Source of the DNA: a virus
Taxonomy: Duplodnaviria; Caudoviricetes
Length of the DNA: 55,489 nt
IMG/VR virus record: IMGVR_UViG_3300030106_004677
Location: 1-55,489 of that record
Reading direction: 5' to 3' (one strand)
The first letter of the stretch is position 1; each line of letters begins with the position of its first letter. This document shows, one piece after another, positions 52,571-55,489 of this stretch. A program made the position numbers and the translations under genes. A model generated the notes under the pieces. The model searched no databases, had not been told where the DNA came from, and saw only the letters and a program-made list of their open reading frames with translations.

Positions 52571-55489
52571 TTAGCTCTCCAATGCGGCAATTCTTGCGGT
52601 TAATGATTCAATCAATGCCTGCTGTTCTTGAACAGCTTTCACAAGGATTGGCACAAATTTACTGTACTGCAAGCCCATTTGCTTTCCGTCATCAGAGTGA
52701 CTAGAAACCAAATTAGTCTTGTTGTCTTTGTTGTACCCAGCAGCAATCTCAAGGGCTTCTACTTCTTGGGCCTTAAAGCCAATATCCAGCCAGTCTTCTT
52801 TGTGCGTGCCATCTGGGGTTTGGGCATTTAAGTCGTAGTCGGCTGCGTATTTATCACCGTACTTAGAACGCTTGTCCCATTTGTAAGTCACGGGTTTTAG
52901 AGCTTTTACAAAATCCAGACCAAGGTCTAAAGCCGTGAAGTCAGTCTTGTCTCTAGCGTCAGAAGCTACTGTCCAGTCAACTTGGATGTGTGCTTCAGAA
53001 ATGTTCTCATCACCCAAAACAATTTCATTAGACCCTGTGGTGATACTTCCGCCGGGAGAACCTGTGCGTCCTGAATCTTTCCCAAGAAACGAGTTATTAC
53101 CACCGCTTGTAGTATCTCCTCCTGCGGCATTGCCTAAGCAGCTATTATTGCTGCCGGTAATAAGCATGCCAGCAGAGCTACCTACAGCCGTGTTGGTATC
53201 TCCACAATTTACTCCAAGTGCGCCGTACCCAACCGCTACGTTACTTGTACCGTCATCTGTGCCATCTAAGGCTTGATAACCCACGGCGACGTTATAATTT
53301 CCTGTAGTAACAGACAGTGCTGCATTTTTGCCAACAGAAACATTGGAATGTCCAGTAGTAACTGACTCAAGAGCATCGTTTCCTACGCTTGTATTATAGT
53401 CTCCAGTAGCTTGTGCGCTACGAGATGTATTACTTCCTCCTCCAGCCAGATAACCTATAGCGACATTCCCATCACCGCTTGTAATTTCTGCGCCTGCAAA
53501 ACCTCCTACAAGAGTATTAACGATTCCTGTAAACGCGGTCGTTGATGAAGCTGGGCAGCCTGCCTTAAAGCCAATCGCTACGTTATACATATCAGCATTT
53601 GAGGCAGGCTCTAACTCACGCAATGCCTCATAACCTATTGCGAGATTGCGGTCTCCGACTTCGTTGTCGTGTAGAGCTTTGTAGCCAATGGCAATATTCA
53701 AATCACCTGTTGTGGCATTCTTTAACGCACTATGCCCAACGGCAGTGTTGTATTGAGAGGTGGTCAGATCACTTCCTGCTGAATAGCCCACTAATGTGTT
53801 GAGGCCAGCAGACGTGATTGCATCTCCAGCGTAGCCGCCAACAGCTACGTTGCCTTCTCCTGTGGTAAGAAGTTGAAGTGCAGCACCACCAACCGCCGTG
53901 TTGTTACTAGCGGTTGTCGAGGTTTGAAGAGCGCCAAAGCCAAGCGCAGTATTACCCGCAGCCGATCCTTGAATTGCTGCAAGGGCGCTTCTACCTATGG
54001 AAGTGTTGTAGTCTCCAGTAGCAGCGGCGGCAGAAGTCCCTCCACCAGCGTTGTAACCAACGTGGGTGTTATAGTTTCCGCTAGAAACTTCTTCGCCACT
54101 ATAAGCTCCAACAAAAGTATTTTGAGTCCCGGTAGTGTTATACCCCGCATTTCTACCCATAACGGTGTTGTTGGCACCTGTTTCGTTTGAAAACAGTGCA
54201 TTTCTGCCTATTGCAACATTATTATCAGCCGTGGTGATATTTACCCCTGCGTATTCTCCAACAGCTACCGTATAGTTGCCTGTAGTCTGGTCATAACCCG
54301 CTCCACGCCCTACAAAGACATTAGAAATTCCAGAAGTTATAGCAAACCCAGCAGCGCGACCTACAGAGGTGTTATAGTTGCCTGTTGAAGCTGCATTAGC
54401 ACCTCCTGACAGATAACCAACAGCTACATTACCGCTTGCTGTAGTGACTTCTTTCCCTGTCACAGTACCAATAAAAGTATTATCCGCGCCTGTAGTTAAT
54501 TTAAACCCAGCTTCAGCGCCTACAGACACGTTGTACTGACCCGTAGCCTCAGTATTTGCTCCTCCAGAATCTGCGCCTATTGCGACATTATAATTAGGAG
54601 TCGTGACTTTGCTCCCGGCGTTCTCTCCCACAAAGACGTGACCGAGCCCTGTAGTAACGTCATGACCAGCCTCGTAGCCAACAGCTACGTTATTCATGTC
54701 TGTATTACTGGAAGGGTTTTGCGCTAAAAGGGCTTGAAATCCTACAGCAACAGAATTATCACCAACCGTATTGCCCGAAAGAGCAGAGTGTCCTATCGCG
54801 ACATTTCTTTCGCCGGTAGTGGTTACATCAAGGGCGTAAGACCCAATGGCTATGTTATAAGACGCCGTAGTAACCTGCTCAAGAGCATCAAAACCCATTC
54901 CAACATTATGACTGGCGGTAGTTAGGTATGCCCCGGCGGTGTTCCCCACCATCGTATTTGCGGTGCCAGTTTCAAGACGTGTAAGTGACTGAAAGCCAAC
55001 GGCGGTATTATTAGTCGCCGTCAGCGCGTTTGCGGAAGATCCCCCTAATGAGGCATAACCAACGGCGGTATTATGTGTACCAGTTGTAACTTCCTCTCCC
55101 GAAAAGGCTCCGATAAAGACGCTATACGTACCAGTAGTCAGATCGTAGCCAGCTTGATAACCAACCGCTGTGTTATACATGCTTGTGGGGCTGCTAGGAT
55201 CTAGCGTCTTCAGCGCTTGCATACCTACAGCGGTGTTATAGCTGCCATCTACGTTAGCTTCTAGTGCACCATAGCCAACTGCCGTGTTTCTAACTCCAAC
55301 AGTTGAAGCGCCCAGAGAGTGAGACCCTAAAGCTACGTTGTAATCTCCCGTAGTAATTGCATCAAGCGCATTGACACCCAAAGCCGTGTTGTATTGGGCA
55401 CTGTCGGTGGTTCCAGAAGGATCAGAGCCAATCCAGATTGAGTTGTTTTCTTTAAGCGCTACGCTGATAGCAGACAAGTCAGCCACGGT
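52571..55489 (-). CDS. Tail fibre, allele B repeat region plus shared C-terminus with peptidase S74 intramolecular chaperone
   Basis: N-x-A-(V/I)-G repeats; SDARDK cleavage motif, LKPVTYKW, GFKAQEV and terminal coiled-coil. Its N-terminal 138 codons are at 1453-1866 via the 55-bp overlap. Confidence 0.9.
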   Translation of the reverse strand, partial: TVADLSAISVALKENNSIWIGSDPSGTTDSAQYNTALGVNALDAITTGDYNVALGSHSLGASTVGVRNTAVGYGALEANVDGSYNTAVGMQALKTLDPSSPTSMYNTAVGYQAGYDLTTGTYSVFIGAFSGEEVTTGTHNTAVGYASLGGSSANALTATNNTAVGFQSLTRLETGTANTMVGNTAGAYLTTASHNVGMGFDALEQVTTASYNIAIGSYALDVTTTGERNVAIGHSALSGNTVGDNSVAVGFQALLAQNPSSNTDMNNVAVGYEAGHDVTTGLGHVFVGENAGSKVTTPNYNVAIGADSGGANTEATGQYNVSVGAEAGFKLTTGADNTFIGTVTGKEVTTASGNVAVGYLSGGANAASTGNYNTSVGRAAGFAITSGISNVFVGRGAGYDQTTGNYTVAVGEYAGVNITTADNNVAIGRNALFSNETGANNTVMGRNAGYNTTGTQNTFVGAYSGEEVSSGNYNTHVGYNAGGGTSAAAATGDYNTSIGRSALAAIQGSAAGNTALGFGALQTSTTASNNTAVGGAALQLLTTGEGNVAVGGYAGDAITSAGLNTLVGYSAGSDLTTSQYNTAVGHSALKNATTGDLNIAIGYKALHDNEVGDRNLAIGYEALRELEPASNADMYNVAIGFKAGCPASSTTAFTGIVNTLVGGFAGAEITSGDGNVAIGYLAGGGSNTSRSAQATGDYNTSVGNDALESVTTGHSNVSVGKNAALSVTTGNYNVAVGYQALDGTDDGTSNVAVGYGALGVNCGDTNTAVGSSAGMLITGSNNSCLGNAAGGDTTSGGNNSFLGKDSGRTGSPGGSITTGSNEIVLGDENISEAHIQVDWTVASDARDKTDFTALDLGLDFVKALKPVTYKWDKRSKYGDKYAADYDLNAQTPDGTHKEDWLDIGFKAQEVEALEIAAGYNKDNKTNLVSSHSDDGKQMGLQYSKFVPILVKAVQEQQALIESLTARIAALES

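Overview
Apparently near-complete genome (about 54.0-54.3 kb, circularly assembled) of a tailed dsDNA phage with podovirus-like virion genes: portal, TerL, scaffold, major capsid, two adaptor-like proteins, nozzle, large internal/ejection-type proteins, an S74-chaperone tail fibre and endolysin plus spanins. It also has a replication block (TOPRIM/VirE primase-helicase, SSB, RecE-like exonuclease, SNF2 helicase), ArdC, GroES, a 2OG-Fe(II) oxygenase and a serine recombinase. I recognised no DNA or RNA polymerase. The main find is at 8973-10598: a nuclease-less IS110/Nop-fold protein immediately followed by a non-coding 36-nt-period array with two alternating 9-nt repeats and two unique 9-nt spacers per unit (12 clean units plus a second degenerate segment). 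This is the architecture of an RNA-guided TIGR-Tas (TasA-type) system. The array is split by a small Zn-finger ORF, ends against a non-canonical tRNA-like element and lies downstream of one of four near-identical promoter/operator elements. Other signals: a 54-nt x 2.8 tandem hairpin RNA with compensatory changes, a triple-helix pseudoknotted RNA behind the capsid gene, two in-frame tail-fibre alleles at the contig ends, and candidate origin and pac regions. All calls were made by eye; no database searches were run.
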